A stretch of DNA of 64,000 nucleotides. Source: Monocercomonoides exilis PA203 (lineage: Eukaryota; Protista; Preaxostyla). The first letter of the stretch is position 1; each line of letters starts with the position of its first letter. Location: NCBI GenBank assembly GCA_001643675.2, contig LSRY02000030.1:1054001-1118000 (forward strand), given 5' to 3'. This document shows, one piece after another, positions 49,139 through 63,563 of the stretch. The position numbers and the translations under genes were made by a program. The notes beneath the pieces were generated by a model. It was not told the origin of the DNA. It saw only the letters and a list, made by a program, of their open reading frames with translations, and ran no database searches.

Positions 49139-50179
49139 CACCAAAAATAATTCAATTTCGATAATTAATAATTCAATTTCGGAATTAATAATTCAAAATC
49201 GAAAAAAAATAATTCAATTTCGGAATCAATAATTCAAAATCGAAAATTAATAATTCGATTTCGAAAAAGAATAATTCAATTTCGAAAATGATTATTTCAA
49301 TTTCGTAATTCATTAAAAACTGAAATTTTTAATTTTTCTCGAGAATAAATTTCAGAAAAGTTCAAGTTATTTTTTAAACCAATCAAATTTTATTACTCTA
49401 TGAAAACTGTTTTTAAAAAATGAAACAATCAATAAATCAATTTGGGTGATTCTTTTTGAAATCATAACTTTTTTCGGAGTATTGATTTTTCTAGTGTTGT
49501 TTGTCATTGAAAAATGATTTTGTTTTAAAATGGAACGTTTGACACAACTGTTTTAATAATTGAAGTTGAAGCACAAACAAAGATGATGATGCCATTTGTT
49601 AGTGTTTTCACTTCTCTGAGCTTTTTTGTTAATATTTGGTTAAAATTTTTAAACAGAAATTTTTGAATGAAAAATTTTAATTTCAAAAATAATCACCCAT
49701 TTTTAAATTTTTTTTTTCATTTTCGAAAATCATCACTCAAATGATAATAATTTTATAAAAATTCATTCTATTTATTAACTAAATAAAAATAGAAAAAATT
49801 TAATCACGATTATTGAATTATTTCTTTCAATAATGTGATAGTCACATTGGTAAAATTTTGAAGAATATCTGTTTTAAACATGAAAATGAATTTATTTCCT
49901 TTTCAAATTAACTTCAATCAATAAATCTTCATTCAAAATGAAAGAAAATTTTTTAATGAAAATGCAACATTTTTCAATTATTGATAACCAAAATTTGCTG
50001 ATGAGATAAAAATTTAAAGAATTTAAAACCCCAGACACAAGTTATTCATTCCACAAATCAAAAAAATTTCCGTTTCGAATTTGAAATATTTTTTTTCGAA
50101 ATTGAATTATTAATTCCGAAATTGTATTATTAATTTTCGAAATTGAATTATTTTTTTCGAATTAGAATTATTTTTGGTG
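49139..50179. mobile_element. Fold-back MITE family B (1041 bp), TA TSD, subterminal ~20-bp tandem repeats
   Basis: TA|CACCAAAAATAATTC ... GAATTATTTTTGGTG|TA, with arrays of AATAATTCAATTTCG at both ends in inverted orientation. Confidence 0.85.
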
Positions 50180-50315
50180 TAATGATCACAAAAAAAAAAA
50201 AAAAAAAAAAACTACCCACATTAACTTATTGTGAAAGTGCTATTCTATTGTTTGTTTGTTTATAAATAGAATTAAGAATTAGGAATGAGTTCGTTTTTTT
50301 GTATTTATCAATATA

Positions 50316-50677
50316 CAGATATCGCAGAAAATACCGGACAAGATCGATATCTCAATTACCGCAAGAGGAATAATTCTGACAATTTTCCTTAAAATATAGC
50401 TCATCAATACAAACTCACACGTCATACAAGACTTTCATGACTTCTTCGTTTATACTCAGAAAATAATAATAATTATTATTATCTCGGAGAAATAGGATTT
50501 TGAGTATCTCCGAAATTTTAATAATAATTTTCTCTGAGCACAAATGAAGCTATTTTGAAAGTTTTGTATATTAAATGAGTTTGCATTGATAAGATATATT
50601 TTGAGGAAAATTGTCAGAATTTTTCCTCTTGCGGTAATAGAGAAATCAATATTGTCCGGTAATTTGTGCGATATCTG
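50316..50677. mobile_element. MITE family A copy
   Basis: TA|CAGATATCGCAGAAAATACCGGACAAGATCG ... TGCGATATCTG|TA; shares internal sequence with 32854-33250. Confidence 0.85.
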
Positions 50678-50717
50678 TATCATTCATTAAAAAAACCACT
50701 TCAAAAATAATCTCTTA

Positions 50718-51211
50718 CACCAAAAATTATTCAAAATGAGAATTTTTTCATTCAAAAAAATAAAAATTGCATTCAAAATAATAATTTTGCAAACAAAATG
50801 AAAACTTTTGCGTTCAAAATGGAAAATTTGCAAACAAATTAATAAGTTTTTCAAACGAAACAATAATTTTTACATTCGAAATAAAAATTGCTCAAAACCA
50901 AACAAAATTTTGTTCACTCTCTCAAGAAATTTTGTGAAAATCATTTTTTCACTTTTGAATCAAAAATAATTTAGTGTTGTTTTTATTTTCATGTTCGTTA
51001 AAAAATTTTTTGAAATGTTTTATTTATTCCTGAAATTTTTAATAATTTCAAAAAATTTTTATTCCTGTGAAAATAAAAGAAATTTTCATTTCGAATTCAA
51101 AAATTTTTATTTCGCTTGAAATTTTTTTATTTCGAACGCAAAAATTATTAATTTGAATGAAAAAATTTTTAATTCTATTGCAAAAATTCTCATTTTGAAT
51201 AATTTTTTGTG
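50718..51211. mobile_element. MITE family B-related short element
   Basis: TA|CACCAAAAATTATTCAAAATGAGAATTTT ... AAAATTCTCATTTTGAATAATTTTTTGTG|TA. Confidence 0.75.
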
Positions 51212-51293
51212 TACCTGTTATTAGATAAAAAAATAAAGAGTAAATGTGTTAACGAAGCCTGTTGGAAAGAATAATCCGGATAAAATTCTTTCA

Positions 51294-51788
51294 GGTAAGT
51301 GGGAACAAAACGTACTGTTCAAAATGTTTTTAAAAAAGTAAATGTTCGTTATCAAAATAAGTTATAAGTCCATGTGGGATATATTTACTGGAAAATTTCG
51401 TCTAATTCAAATAATTGAATTGGTGACACATTTTTGAAATTCTTAATCAACAAAACACATGTTTTTTTATCTTTTTTGAAAAATAAAACCCTAATCAGTG
51501 ATTTAGGTTCCTATTATAATTAATATTATACCCTAATTCACTCGTTGTGAAGGAATTGAAACCAATAGCCTCTCTTAAACCTAATTAGAAATTTTGAGAA
51601 ATAGTATTATTTGGGTTTGATCATAGATTTTTTGATGAAAAAGGCGATTATTTATCGCTTGAATTTTGAATCGAAAATGAATGTTTCAATTTTATTGATT
51701 GCTTTGTATTTATTTAGTCTTGCTTTTTTTTAGAAATAAAACTTTCTTTGTGTTATTTTTTGAACAGTACGTTTTGTTCCCATTCACC
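51294..51788. mobile_element. 495-bp non-autonomous TIR element with GG...CC termini and 8-bp TSD (Merlin- or MULE-like)
   Basis: GGTAAGTGGGAACAAAACGTACTGTTCAAAA versus TTTTGAACAGTACGTTTTGTTCCCATTCACC; TTCTTTCA at 51286-93 and 51789-96. Confidence 0.8.
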
Positions 51789-52225
51789 TTCTTTCAATAG
51801 AAAAAACTTATCATTATAAAAATTGGAAAATGAACATGAGGTCTTTGAAAAAAGATTGATCATTTGGCACATAATGAGATTTTTTCTTTTTTGATAATTT
51901 TTAAATTGCGAATAATAAGGAATAAATTGATATTTATAATATTCAGTATATTTTAAGTTACAGAAAAGCAGAGTTGGTTTAAGCATAACTTTGCAAATCA
52001 TTTCTTTTAACATTGAAAGCATAATAATTAAAGATATATAAATGGCTACTGATGCAATGGAAGTTTGAATTGAAATTTCAAATGCAATTTTCAAAATGAT
52101 TTCAAATTTAGAATGTTATATATATTACTACAGACTGGAATGATAAATCATTTAAGCTGAGTTTAAAAAATAAAAGTGTTTTATCTCAATTGAATGTTGA
52201 AAGAATTCGCAAAACATTATCTCAA

Positions 52226-55200
52226 ATGGTAAAAATAGATGCATCAGGTGTGTACGGTTAGTACAAAATTTGAGCTTTCTTTATTTCTTTTTCATGCAAT
52301 TTATAATTGTGCTTATTTTAAAAAATTTTTAACACGAAACATTTTAAGAAATATATTTATCTTACAAGTCTCAGCTTCTTAAGGATGAAGATATTGTCAA
52401 AAATATAACGAATGGACTAACGCCTGTATTTGTTGCATCTTTAAAGGAAAAAGGAGCTCCAATACATGAAAATGAAGATAATTCAAAGTTCTTGGAAAAT
52501 GAGACTTCAAATCATGATGATGCAATTAAAAAATCTCGCAAAGAATCTTTAGATAATATAACATTAAAGACTGAAAGTATAAAGAAATCCATTGAAAAAC
52601 AAGTGGGGCGCCAAATGGGAACAGGATTGAAAGATAATCTAACAAAAGAAAAAGAAGAGTTGGCACTAAATCAGCTGAAAGGCGAATTGAAATTGCTTCG
52701 AATGGAGGCAGAAGAGAAAGAGAAAGCACTTGAGGATTTTATCAATAGGTCGTACGATGCATACACACTTCCGCATCCATTGATTGATCCGATTGTGCAA
52801 ACATCCCCATCATCAGCAAAAACAGCTGGAGTTTATCCGGAAAATTACGCTAAGATTCTTGCGGAGAAGGACGAAAAGCTGCGCAATGAGACAGAGGAGC
52901 AGAAGAGCCGATGGCTTGACGACCGACTGAAGTGGAAGGAGGAGCTGGAGCAGATGGCGAAGGAGCATGCAGAGCGAGAGAGGGAGAAAGTGGGGCGATT
53001 GAAGAGGGAGAGGGAGAAGAAGAGCAGAATGGGGAGTATTAAGAAGGTGCTGGATGTGATGTGCGAGGCAGAAGACAGGAAGGAGAAGGAGATTGAAAAG
53101 CGATGTGAAATTATCAAGATGATGAAGAGAGAAGAAGAGGAGGAGGAGAGAAGGATGGAGAAGAATATGGAGAAGGGAGAACAAAACTTACCAGAAAAAG
53201 CAAGAGAGAAGGCAAATGCAGATAAAGTGGTGGAAATGATAAGGTGTGTGTTTTTTTGAATTTTTTTCCTGAAAGATTAATTGATGATTTGTTTTGGAAT
53301 AAATATATCGAATCATGCTTATTTGAAATGTCTATTGTTATTTGTCCATTCTTTCTATTTTTTTAACTTCAAATTTATTTTTGATTATCAATACAGATCA
53401 CTTGCCCCTTCACAGACAGAAGAAAGAATCAGACAGATAATTCAACAGAAAACAAAAGTGGCGCATATGCAAATGATGGTTTTTATTTAATTTATTTAAT
53501 GAAAAATTATAACATTTATTTATTTCTGTTATAATATTTTTCCCCCGATCATTAATATTTTTATTTAACTGTATTTTTTTCACCCTCCAATTTTGATGCA
53601 ATCTTCAACTCAGATTGACCGACACCGCCAAACAATCACACATTTGGCATCGTTTGCAGCTGAGTGGAGACAGAAAAGGAAAGCGCAGACAGAACTTGTT
53701 GAGGAAAGAAAGGGCAACATTCGTGTGATTGTGAGATGCAGACCGACTTTGAAGGAAGACCCGCTGGTTTGTGCAAATATTGAAAGAGAGAAAAAAATTT
53801 TTGATTATTTAAAAACTGAATTATTTTTCTTTTCTTTTTTTTTTTTATTAATTTCTTTCCTTTTCTGATAAATATTTCAAATTATAATAATTGTTTTCTC
53901 AAATTATTCTCATTTATTTTCTTCCCCATTCTATTTCTAATCCAATCCCCTTTTCCATCTCAGCACACGCCATCCCCTCTCTCTTTCTCCTCTGACACTG
54001 TCAACCTCGCTTCTCCCAACGGCACCCGCACTTTCTCCTTCTTCCGTGTTCTTCCTCCGATCCCTTCCTCCACACAGAAATGCGCTTTCAGTCTTGTTCT
54101 CCCTGTCATCGCCTCTGCTTTCGAAGGGACAAACGGGTGTGTCATTGCGTATGGGCCAACTGGATCCGGAAAGACGTTCACAATCGTCGGCGGAGAGAGG
54201 AAGGGAGAGGAAGGGGTGCTGCCGAGGGCGATGGAGGAGATATTCCGGATGGTCGAGGAGAAGAACAGGGAAGAAAGAATGAAGGCGCAGAAGACGCTGC
54301 AGCAGAAGAGGGAGAATGCGAAGTTTGGAAGGCAGTTTGAAGGAGAAGGAGAAGGAGAAGATGAGGATGAGGATGAATTCAATGATAGCAGAAGCAACGA
54401 TGATTGGATTCACAGCAGATTGGGAAGAAGAAGAAGAGGAAGAGAAGAGGAAAGCGCATTTTCAGATTCAGATTCTTATTTCCCTCCAGTTGCATACAAC
54501 GAGTGGGTTGTTCAGTGCTCGATGGTCGAAATATACCTGACGCACACAATCGACCTTCTCAAGCCATCTCTTAATATGCCTTCTTCCTCTTCCTCTTCCT
54601 CTTCTTCCCCCTTCCCTTCATCATCGCCTTCTTCCACTTTCTCCTCTTCTCTTTCTCCTCGTTCCTTCACTTCATCATCTCCATCACCTTCACTTCAAAG
54701 CCCTTCTTCTCCGTTCTCGTCGCTCCGTCCTTTTTCTTCTCCACTCCCTCCAACTTCTCCAAAACCTTCGTCTTCTCCCGCCGTCTTTCCTTTCACCTCG
54801 CTTTCTCTTCAATCAACAGCCCGCTCATTCTTCCAGGTGCTTCCTTCTTCTCCTTCATCTTTTTCTTCGTACTCTTCGTTTTCTCCTCCTCCTCCTCCTT
54901 CATCTGCCCGCTCTCCTTCTCCATCGAATGCTTCTAGCACGTCATATTCAACAAACATTCGTTCACCTCGTCCTTCATCATCATCTTCTTCTTCTTCTTC
55001 TTCCTCCTCCTCTTCTTCTTCTGTCTTGTCTTCTCTCTCGATCATTCCGCCTTCCTCTCCTCTTTCCATCTCACTCGGCGTTCGTGTGAGTGTCTCGTCC
55101 TCTTTCGAGGCGATTGAAACGATGCGAATCGGTGAAGGAAACAGACACAAAGCAGAAACAGCGCTGAATGCACACTCGTCGCGCTCGCACTCCATCTTCA

Positions 55201-55994
55201 CCATTTGGCTGGGCTCTCAGCGGAAAGAGATGGAGAAAGAAGAAGCGGACTGGAAGAGAGCAGACGAGGAAAGAAGAGGAAGAAGTGCGAGAAAAGGAGA
55301 AGAGAGAAAGAAGAGGCGAGATTACAAAGACGATTCAGATGATCTGCACTTTTCGACAACAGCTTCTGTGTCCTCGCTTATCATCACTCCATCTTCTCCT
55401 TCCCTTCCTCCATCTCCATTCGACCCTTTGTTTCCTTACTCGTCCTCCCCTTCCCCTTCCCCTTCTTCCTCTTCCTCTTCCTCTTCTCCTATCACACCCA
55501 TTTCATCGCTCACCTTCGTTGATCTTGCTGGCAGCGAACGAACAGCTCGCTCGCAATCGTCTGGGCAGCGGCTGAAAGAGGCACAGGCAATCAACAAATC
55601 GCTGGCAGCTCTGGGAGACGTTGTGGCTGCGCTATCTTCGAACGCTGCCTCGTCTTCAGCACGCACTTCACCATCTCAGTCATCTTCTCCTTCTTCATCA
55701 TCTTCATCTTCATCTTCCTATTCTTCCTCCATTTCACCGTCATCATCATCTTCTTCCTCCTCCTCCTCTTCCTCTTCATCCTCTTCACAAACTCCATTTG
55801 TGCCGTATCGCAATTCTCGGCTGACGTATCTTCTGCAGGATGCAATCGGAGGGAAGTCAAAAACTGTGCTATTTGTGAACATATCGCCTGAAATGTGCTG
55901 CTTCGGCGAGACGCTGAATTCGCTGGAGTTTGGCGCCAGAGTGAAGAAAGTGCGGAACAAAATCGGGATGATCGTGAAAGAGGAAAAAGGATGA
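52226..55994 (+). CDS. Kinesin-14 (C-terminal motor), multi-exon; start approximate
   Basis: N-terminal coiled coil; neck [18 protein letters not shown]; P-loop [10 protein letters not shown]; switch I NAHSSRSH; switch [11 protein letters not shown]; [22 protein letters not shown]. Confidence 0.9.
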
Positions 55995-56358
55995 ACGAAA
56001 TTGTGTTCGCTTTGATTATTCTCGTTTCACGGATAAACATCCACTTCATTATTTCATTTTTTCCGGTATAGTCCTGGAAAGTGTTATATTTATTGCTTTT
56101 TTCTTTTAAAAAATATAATTCCGTTAAACTCTAAAGACTTGTGATGAATTAGTTGATAATATGTCTTTTGGTTTAGTTCTGTTGGAAGTCTTCTTTCAGA
56201 CTTTCACAAATACTGATTTTTTTCCCCCACCTTCCAACAAACAAAAGTGAAGTGTGCATAAAACAAAGAAACTGAAACGGCTCTTGAAATAGGTAGCAGA
56301 AGCATTTCAGCAAAGCGAATCAGAAAGAATGAAATACAGCTGGCAAATCCCAGAATTC

Positions 56359-57657
56359 TCACCTTAACCAGCCAATTTTTTCTCTGAGCGTTTTCGGGCG
56401 ATATGAAACACGTGACGTGGAGGCCTTCATCACAATCTCATCATCGTCCTTTTCTTCAGCGGCGTGTGGTAGATAGAGCTGATAAGGCAGTTGTTGCTGC
56501 TGCTGCTGCTGTCGAAGTGCAGGCTGCCGCACAACTGCGAACTGCTGCTGCGGGACGAGTGGTGGGATTGGCTGCTGCTGTGTCTGCTGTTGGATGATGA
56601 TCGGCTGGGCCTGAGGAGGAGGGCAAGGCGGCTGGGCCTGGCTCGATGGAGTGCATTCGATCACAATGGCAGGCGACTGAGAATAGGGCAGGCAGCCATT
56701 TGGTACTGATGCTGCAGATGAAATGGAACCTAAAAATGGATCACGGTTGGTCTCCTGTGTTTGCGTTTGTGGGATTGATGTGGTAATTGTAAGTGGGAGT
56801 GAAGATTGCTGGAAAGTTCTGGTTGGATAAATTGGATCTGTAATTTGAGTTGTTGAAGAGGGAGTTATTACAGTTGTTGCTGGATATGATTGAGAAGTTT
56901 GCGGGTTTCGCGTTGATATTATGATAGTTGGAGAAGATTGATCATATTGAGCAATTGGCCTATGAAATGAATATGGAGCAGCTAATCCTGATGCAACTGG
57001 CTCGTCTGTTGAAATGGCAATAGATTGGGGCTTATATTGTTGATGAATTTGCGGAGACTCCAGCACTGTTATCTGAGTTAATGGAGTTTGCTGCTCAAAT
57101 TGGGATAAACCTTGATAACCATATGGCAACTCACCAAAATAGGGGGACTTGCCACAGTAAGGAATAAATTGAGAAGGAAAATTTACTGGTAAATTTACTC
57201 TAGTCTGAGGAATTGGAGGAGAGCAACTTCCTTCGAAACCAGGAGCAATAAGTCCGTTTTTTTCTGCAGCATATCTTGTTCCTCCTCTTCTCCAACCTGT
57301 TCTTGCTCCATTTGCTCTTCCAGCGCTGTTTAAAAAATTGATAAAAATCAAAATAATTATCATCATAATAAACAAGTAATTATACACCATAAAACATCAG
57401 AAACAGGATCATCAGCATTCATTAAGTCATCAAAGAAAAGGCTCATTAAATCTGGTATTTGCATCAAAATTGGAGCTTGACCATCAAAATGATTACTCAT
57501 AGACAGATCATTATCATCTTGAATTAAATCTACAAGATTTTCAAAGTTTGTAGAAGAAATATTATCTTCAAAATTATTTGCCAAAATGCTTCGTGGTAAA
57601 ACAACAAGTGCTACAAGCAAAAATACGATCATTAAACCCAAGAAAATGGGAAAACAT
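56359..57657 (-). CDS. Signal-peptide-bearing Pro/Gln/Thr-rich protein, 2 exons
   Basis: ATG 57657, hydrophobic leader LGLMIVFLLVALVVLP; AT-rich intron near 57327-57390; long open second exon. Confidence 0.6.
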
Positions 57658-57837
57658 TTTTCTCTACAATTCTAATTTCATGATGGGTGAAAATAAACTA
57701 AATATGGTTGAGATTTTTTATTTTATTTTTCATTTTTCCTATAATATATAGTAAATATTATGTATTTGGAGTTCGCTTACTAATTCTTTCACAAAACACA
57801 AGGCCTGTTAACATTCTTCTTCACAATTTATAAATAT

Positions 57838-58140
57838 AGGGAGTGTGCAAAAAATATCGGATAAGATCGATTTCTTAATAACTGCAAGAGAGATTATTCT
57901 GATAATTTTCCTCTGAACATATCTCATTGTTACAAACTCATTTGTTATTCAATAGTGTCATTTCCACTTTATTTGTTCATCCAAGATTTCAGTTACAATT
58001 TATTCCATGAACACAAAATGCTATTTCTCTGAGATTCCAACAATTATTAAAATTTTTGAATTGACAAGAGCATGAAAGTCTGGCATGTCAAATGAGTTTG
58101 CAAAGTGAAGATACACAGATATCGCAAAAAATGCAGGACA
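57838..58140. mobile_element. Degenerate MITE family A copy
   Basis: GTGCAAAAAATATCGGATAAGATCGAT...ATATCTCATTG...AAACTCATTTG matches family A. Confidence 0.55.
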
Positions 58141-58640
58141 TGTGTCATTATTTTTGAAATCAAATGTCTTTATTTTTTTGTGAAATTCCTTTTGTTTGAT
58201 TTTCTAATAGAACAAAAATTTCATATTTCAATCAAATTTCTTCTCCCACTCACGAAACTTCACTATAATGAAAGCAATATCTTGATAATGCTATCATTAC
58301 CATTTTTGTGAAATTTCGTGAATGAAAACAAAAATATGATCGAAATGTGAAAATTTCATTCTATTCGAAAATTAAACAAAAGGAACTTTTCAAAAAAATT
58401 TGGACATATCTATTTTCGGGAATTGATTTTTCAAAGATTGTTTGCCTTTGGGAAGAGATTTTGCAGACAAGTGTTTTTATTATCACAACTGTTTTATTGT
58501 CAAATGTTATTTCCGAATCAAAGATAAAAATGTCTTCTATAAGTCTTTTCTCTTTTCAATATTCAAAGGTTAATATTCAAGAGGAATTTTTGAACTGAAA
58601 ATTTTGAATGAAAAAATATTCTTTCAAAAATAATCACCCA

Positions 58641-58975
58641 CATCGCAAATAATATTATTCAAAATCGATTTCACAATAACTGCTAGAAAAATAATTTTGA
58701 CAATTTTCCCCAAAATATATCTCATCAATACAAGCTCATTTGAAATATTATACTTTCAAAACTTCCTTATTTGTGCTCGGAGAAAATTATTTTGAAAATC
58801 TTGGAGAAACTCAAAATCCTATTTCCCCGTAATTTTTATCATTGATTTTTTCTGAGCACAAATGAAGCTATTTTAAAAAACTTGTTTATCAATTGAGTTA
58901 ATATTGATGAGATATATTTTGAGGAAAATTGTCAGAATTATTCCTCTTGTTGTTATTGTGAAATTGATCTCATCA
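58641..58975. mobile_element. Degenerate MITE family A copy
   Basis: GACAATTTTCCCCAAAATATATCTCATCAAT ... ATTGATGAGATATATTTTGAGGAAAATTGTC inverted arms. Confidence 0.7.
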
Positions 58976-59200
58976 TGTTTTTCTTTTTTCACAATCAATA
59001 AATCAAGTGGTTTTATTATCAACATAAGTGGAAATTATTTTTCATCAATTCTTATTGGTTATTGAAAGATTTTTTGTATTTAACTTTTTCACGCTGTATT
59101 TGTCGATGAACAAATGATAAAAAAACAATACAAACAATTATCCTTGCTGTTTCCAATTTTTTTGATAGGATTTCTATAAAAAATTAAAAAATAAAATAAA

Positions 59201-59552
<352 letters not shown>

Positions 59553-59806
59553 AAAACGAACCAACAAAAAGTTATTAGTAAGATCAAAAAGAAACAAAAG
59601 ATTTTCTTTTCTGTCTTCATTCAATCAATACTTGCGGCTTCTTCGCAATATCTTTTACAATTCATTTTTATTAAGCAAAAATTTAACAGTTTGTGTTGCG
59701 AACATTTTTGAACCGCAAGATAATCAATGTTGTTTGTTTTTATCTTTTATTTTGTTTCTTGTCAAATTTTGCCCTTCTTTTTGAAAATTTTTTTGCAATA
59801 AGCAGA

Positions 59807-61257
59807 ATGAGTTTGTCAGGTCATGATATTTCTGAAGACAGAATACAGGTATTAACCAAAACCGAGAAGTTTTCAAGTTTGTTCTTTTATTTGGATTGAA
59901 TAATTCTGAACAAATCTTTTGTTTTTTTGAATCACCTTTGAAGAATTGTTTTCTGAACTGGAGCATTGCAATGAAGAAGAGCAGAGAAAGAAAATTGAAG
60001 AAATGAATGGATTGATTGATGGAATGAATATGGAAGAATTTATATCAATTTTCACAAAAAAACTATTCAACAAAATTCATCAAATGATTGAGAAAAAAAC
60101 ATTATCATTGGAAAGTGCTATTGTGCTGCTGAAACATGTTGGTTATAGCAAAGAACTGAAATTAGTTATTTTTGAAGAATTTGAAGATTCTTTATTAAAC
60201 GAAAGATTTGTGAATATGATTATTGAAGAGGGAGAGAAAAAAGAAAAAAAGAATGAAAAGCTTCTTGCTGATCTTTGTTTATGCTATATTTCTCTTGAAT
60301 ATAACAGCTCGCCTGAAATGATTTCGATTTGTATGCCTTATCTTCTGAAAGTTGCGTTGAAGAAAGTGGAAAACAAGGAAGTTCAAAAGGAAGTGGAAAT
60401 GGCTTTGTTGATTCTGAGCAATTATAATGATCAGGTGTGTCCACCACTTTTTCATTTTTGATTTATTATTTTTCCCCATTCTTTTAACATAGGAATCAAA
60501 CAAAGGAAAATATTTGAAAGCAATCAAAGAGATCATAAAATATCATCAGGAACATCACAACCTGACACGATTGGCTTATCAATCTGCTTTGCAGTTTTTG
60601 ATATACAGGCTACCAAATTACAGTTTGGAAGAAGTTATTGTGAATGAACTGCATTTTGCGAGAGAGGCAATTAGAGAACTGGAAGAGTCGAGTGAATGCA
60701 TTGATTGGAAGAGAGAGAAAGGAAAAGAAGATGGAGGAATAGAAGCAAAAAAAGAGCTAATTTTATTGAGATGGATGCAAACACTCTCTTTTTTCTTTAG
60801 GAACAGTCGGTTGTGGAATGAAGAATGTTCTGAGTTTATCTACATAATTGTTCAGGTGTTTCGAGCAGCAAGAGAAAACGAAAGAGTAATTAGCGATTGG
60901 TGCATTTGTTCCTTGAGGGATGCAGCAATAAACAAAGCTGAGATAGTTAAAGGCTTATTGAAAGGAGGAGCAATTGATCTCTTTTTGGATGAGATTCGTA
61001 GACAAACATTGAAAGACATAACGGCATTTGATATCTTGATGTCTTTTCGCAAAATTCCAAGTCGATTGAAAGAAGAGGAGGATGATGAAAAGGAAAAAGC
61101 AAAAAGAAAAGAAGTGGAAATGGAATTATTTAAAAAGATGGAAGACGAAGGATACGAAGATATCATCATAAGCTTTTATGAAACATTTGATTTTCTTAAC
61201 GAAAAATATCATGATGCATTATCGTTGGATATTTCTGATTATTTTGTGAATATTTGA
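59807..61257 (+). CDS. Member of an expanded lineage-specific helical (ARM-like) protein family, 3 exons
   Basis: Introns 59877-59943 and 60435-60492 restore TEKFSKLFSELEHC...KVALKKVENKEVQKEVEMALL...HHNLTRLAYQSA...EGYEDII...ISDYFVNI. A paralog lies at the window end. Confidence 0.75.
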
Positions 61258-61469
61258 GATAATGAGATATATCTATTTCTGATTTTTCGGAAATTGTTTT
61301 TGTTTAGTCAGAAAAAGAAAGGAAGCAAAAGAAGAAGAAGAAGAAGAAGAGAGGAGGAATTTGATAACAATCCGAAAAGAGTCTTTTTCATCGGTACGGA
61401 CAATGCCAATTCATTCTTCGTCTATCTCCTTCAACAACTTCAACAACAACAACAACAACAACAACAACA

Positions 61470-61500
<31 letters not shown>

Positions 61501-63563
61501 CTTCTTGTTCTTCCTTTTCTTGTTCTTCCTTTTCTTGTTCTTCCTTTTCTTGTTCTTCCTTTTCTTCTTCTTTTTCTTGTTCTTGTTCTTCTTCTTCTTC
61601 TTCAATCACTTCTTCTTTTTATTCTTCTTATTCTTATTCTTCTTCTTCTTCTTTTCTAAATTACTCAAATTTTTGTTTCCCATCATTATCATCAACTGCT
61701 CATATTCAACTTTTCAGTTTCAACAAAGTGTGGCCAAGCTTGCTTCCAATTAAGTCCATCTTTACACAAAAAATTAAAAGTTAAGCAAGCGTTCTGGTCT
61801 GATGGAGTGTCATCTTCTCTGGTTCTTTCATTTTTTTGCTCCACGAATATTTCGTTTCGCCAGGGAGCCCTTTCAATACTGCTATTGTATGTTTACGAAA
61901 AAATTTACAGGTTTATCGATTGACAACTGATTTATCTGAAATCAAAAGAGATGACAAAATTTATCCTTCAAAGTGATAAATGTCTTCAGAAGGAGAAAAA
62001 CGCATGATGTGAAAAGAGGAAGAAAGCTTCTCAGAACTCTGTAGCATCACATCATCTGCGTCATCCACATTCAACATCTTCATCCAGTTGCATCAGGCTT
62101 CGAAGAAGAACGTAATTAGCAACGCTCATGCATTCCTCATGTGTTCTATTTTTGTTGCTCTGCACAGCTGATATGTTAAAAGTGATGAACCACATCGTCA
62201 AAAGCGCTTAAGTTTTCAGATGATTCAGAGAACATTTATCACAGGCCTGTGAAATTTGCCAACTGCAATGGAAATACAAGGAGTTGACCGGCTTTAGTGC
62301 TAAGAAACCTATTCAAATGAAGACAAAGAGACAACGAACAAGAAGCTGAATGAAGCAAGATAAGCGGATGAGGTCGATGAGATAGGCTGTATCAGGTTTA
62401 TTTGGAACAGCAACAGAAAATGAGTCATTACTGGCTGATGAAGGAAAAGGGCAGGGAAGAGATGAAAGGCACGAGCAGCGGAGGCAATGACAGGAATGGA
62501 AAAGGCGAAGACGAAGACGAAGGCGAAGAAAAGAAGAGAAAAGAAAGAATTCAGTTTATTGAGTTATTGTGAACTTTGGAGGAAAGCTGCGGATTAGTGA
62601 AGGCCCACTGTCGTTTGATTGAAGGAAAGCTATTTGAGATATGACAGGCACGCATAATTATTGAAAGGTCATTTCACAATTGGCAGGGCAGTAACTCGAG
62701 GAAGTCCAATATAAGGAGATTTGAAGAGGAAAGAGAGAAGAAGCACCAGACAATTGAAATAAAGAACAGATTTGATACGTTCACAAAAAAACATTAAAGA
62801 GAGCTCCCCCCCAAAAAAGTGTGTTGTTGATTTAGCAGCAGTTGATGGTATTTTCTGACTTCATCCAAATATCGATTTCCCATTTAAAGAGAATACAAAC
62901 TACTATTTTTAACACGTTTCACAAGATCATTCAGATGAACTTTTTTTTCAGAATTACACGATATTTGCAGAATGACATTTATCGATATACTTCTCCAACA
63001 GATTCCTCCATCTCCACTGCCTTCTCCGCATTACCTGCAAGTGCAGGAGACAGGAAAAAAGGAAAAAGCAGGAAAAAAAATATCTCATTCATTTTATTCA
63101 GTCTGTTTATTTTCATCTTTTGTTTCAACTTTTTCGTTTCATTCTGCCTCATTTTCACGCTCTTACTCACATGTTCATACTTTATCTATCTTTATTTCAA
63201 TGATTGTGATTTTTCTTTTCATCTTCATTCTATTTCGACAAGAAAGACAGTATGCAACTCAGATGAATTGGCTTTCTGTCTCTTTCAGGCAATGAATGGA
63301 ATGGAAGTGAAGGGCATTGAAACAAAAAATTTGTTGAACAACAAAAAAAGATTTCTGTGTAAAAGAGAAAGAAGAAAGAGAAAGAAAGAGGGAGAGAGAA
63401 TTCAATTATGATAGAATTGCTTTATATGAGAATTTGATGTAAAAAAAAAAAAAAATAAATAAAATAATAAAAATTTTTCAATTATTTTCTTTATCATTAT
63501 GTGAAATGAATAAAAATGAAAAAGATAGTTTTTGAGATACAAAATAATGTGAGTTTCTTTTTC

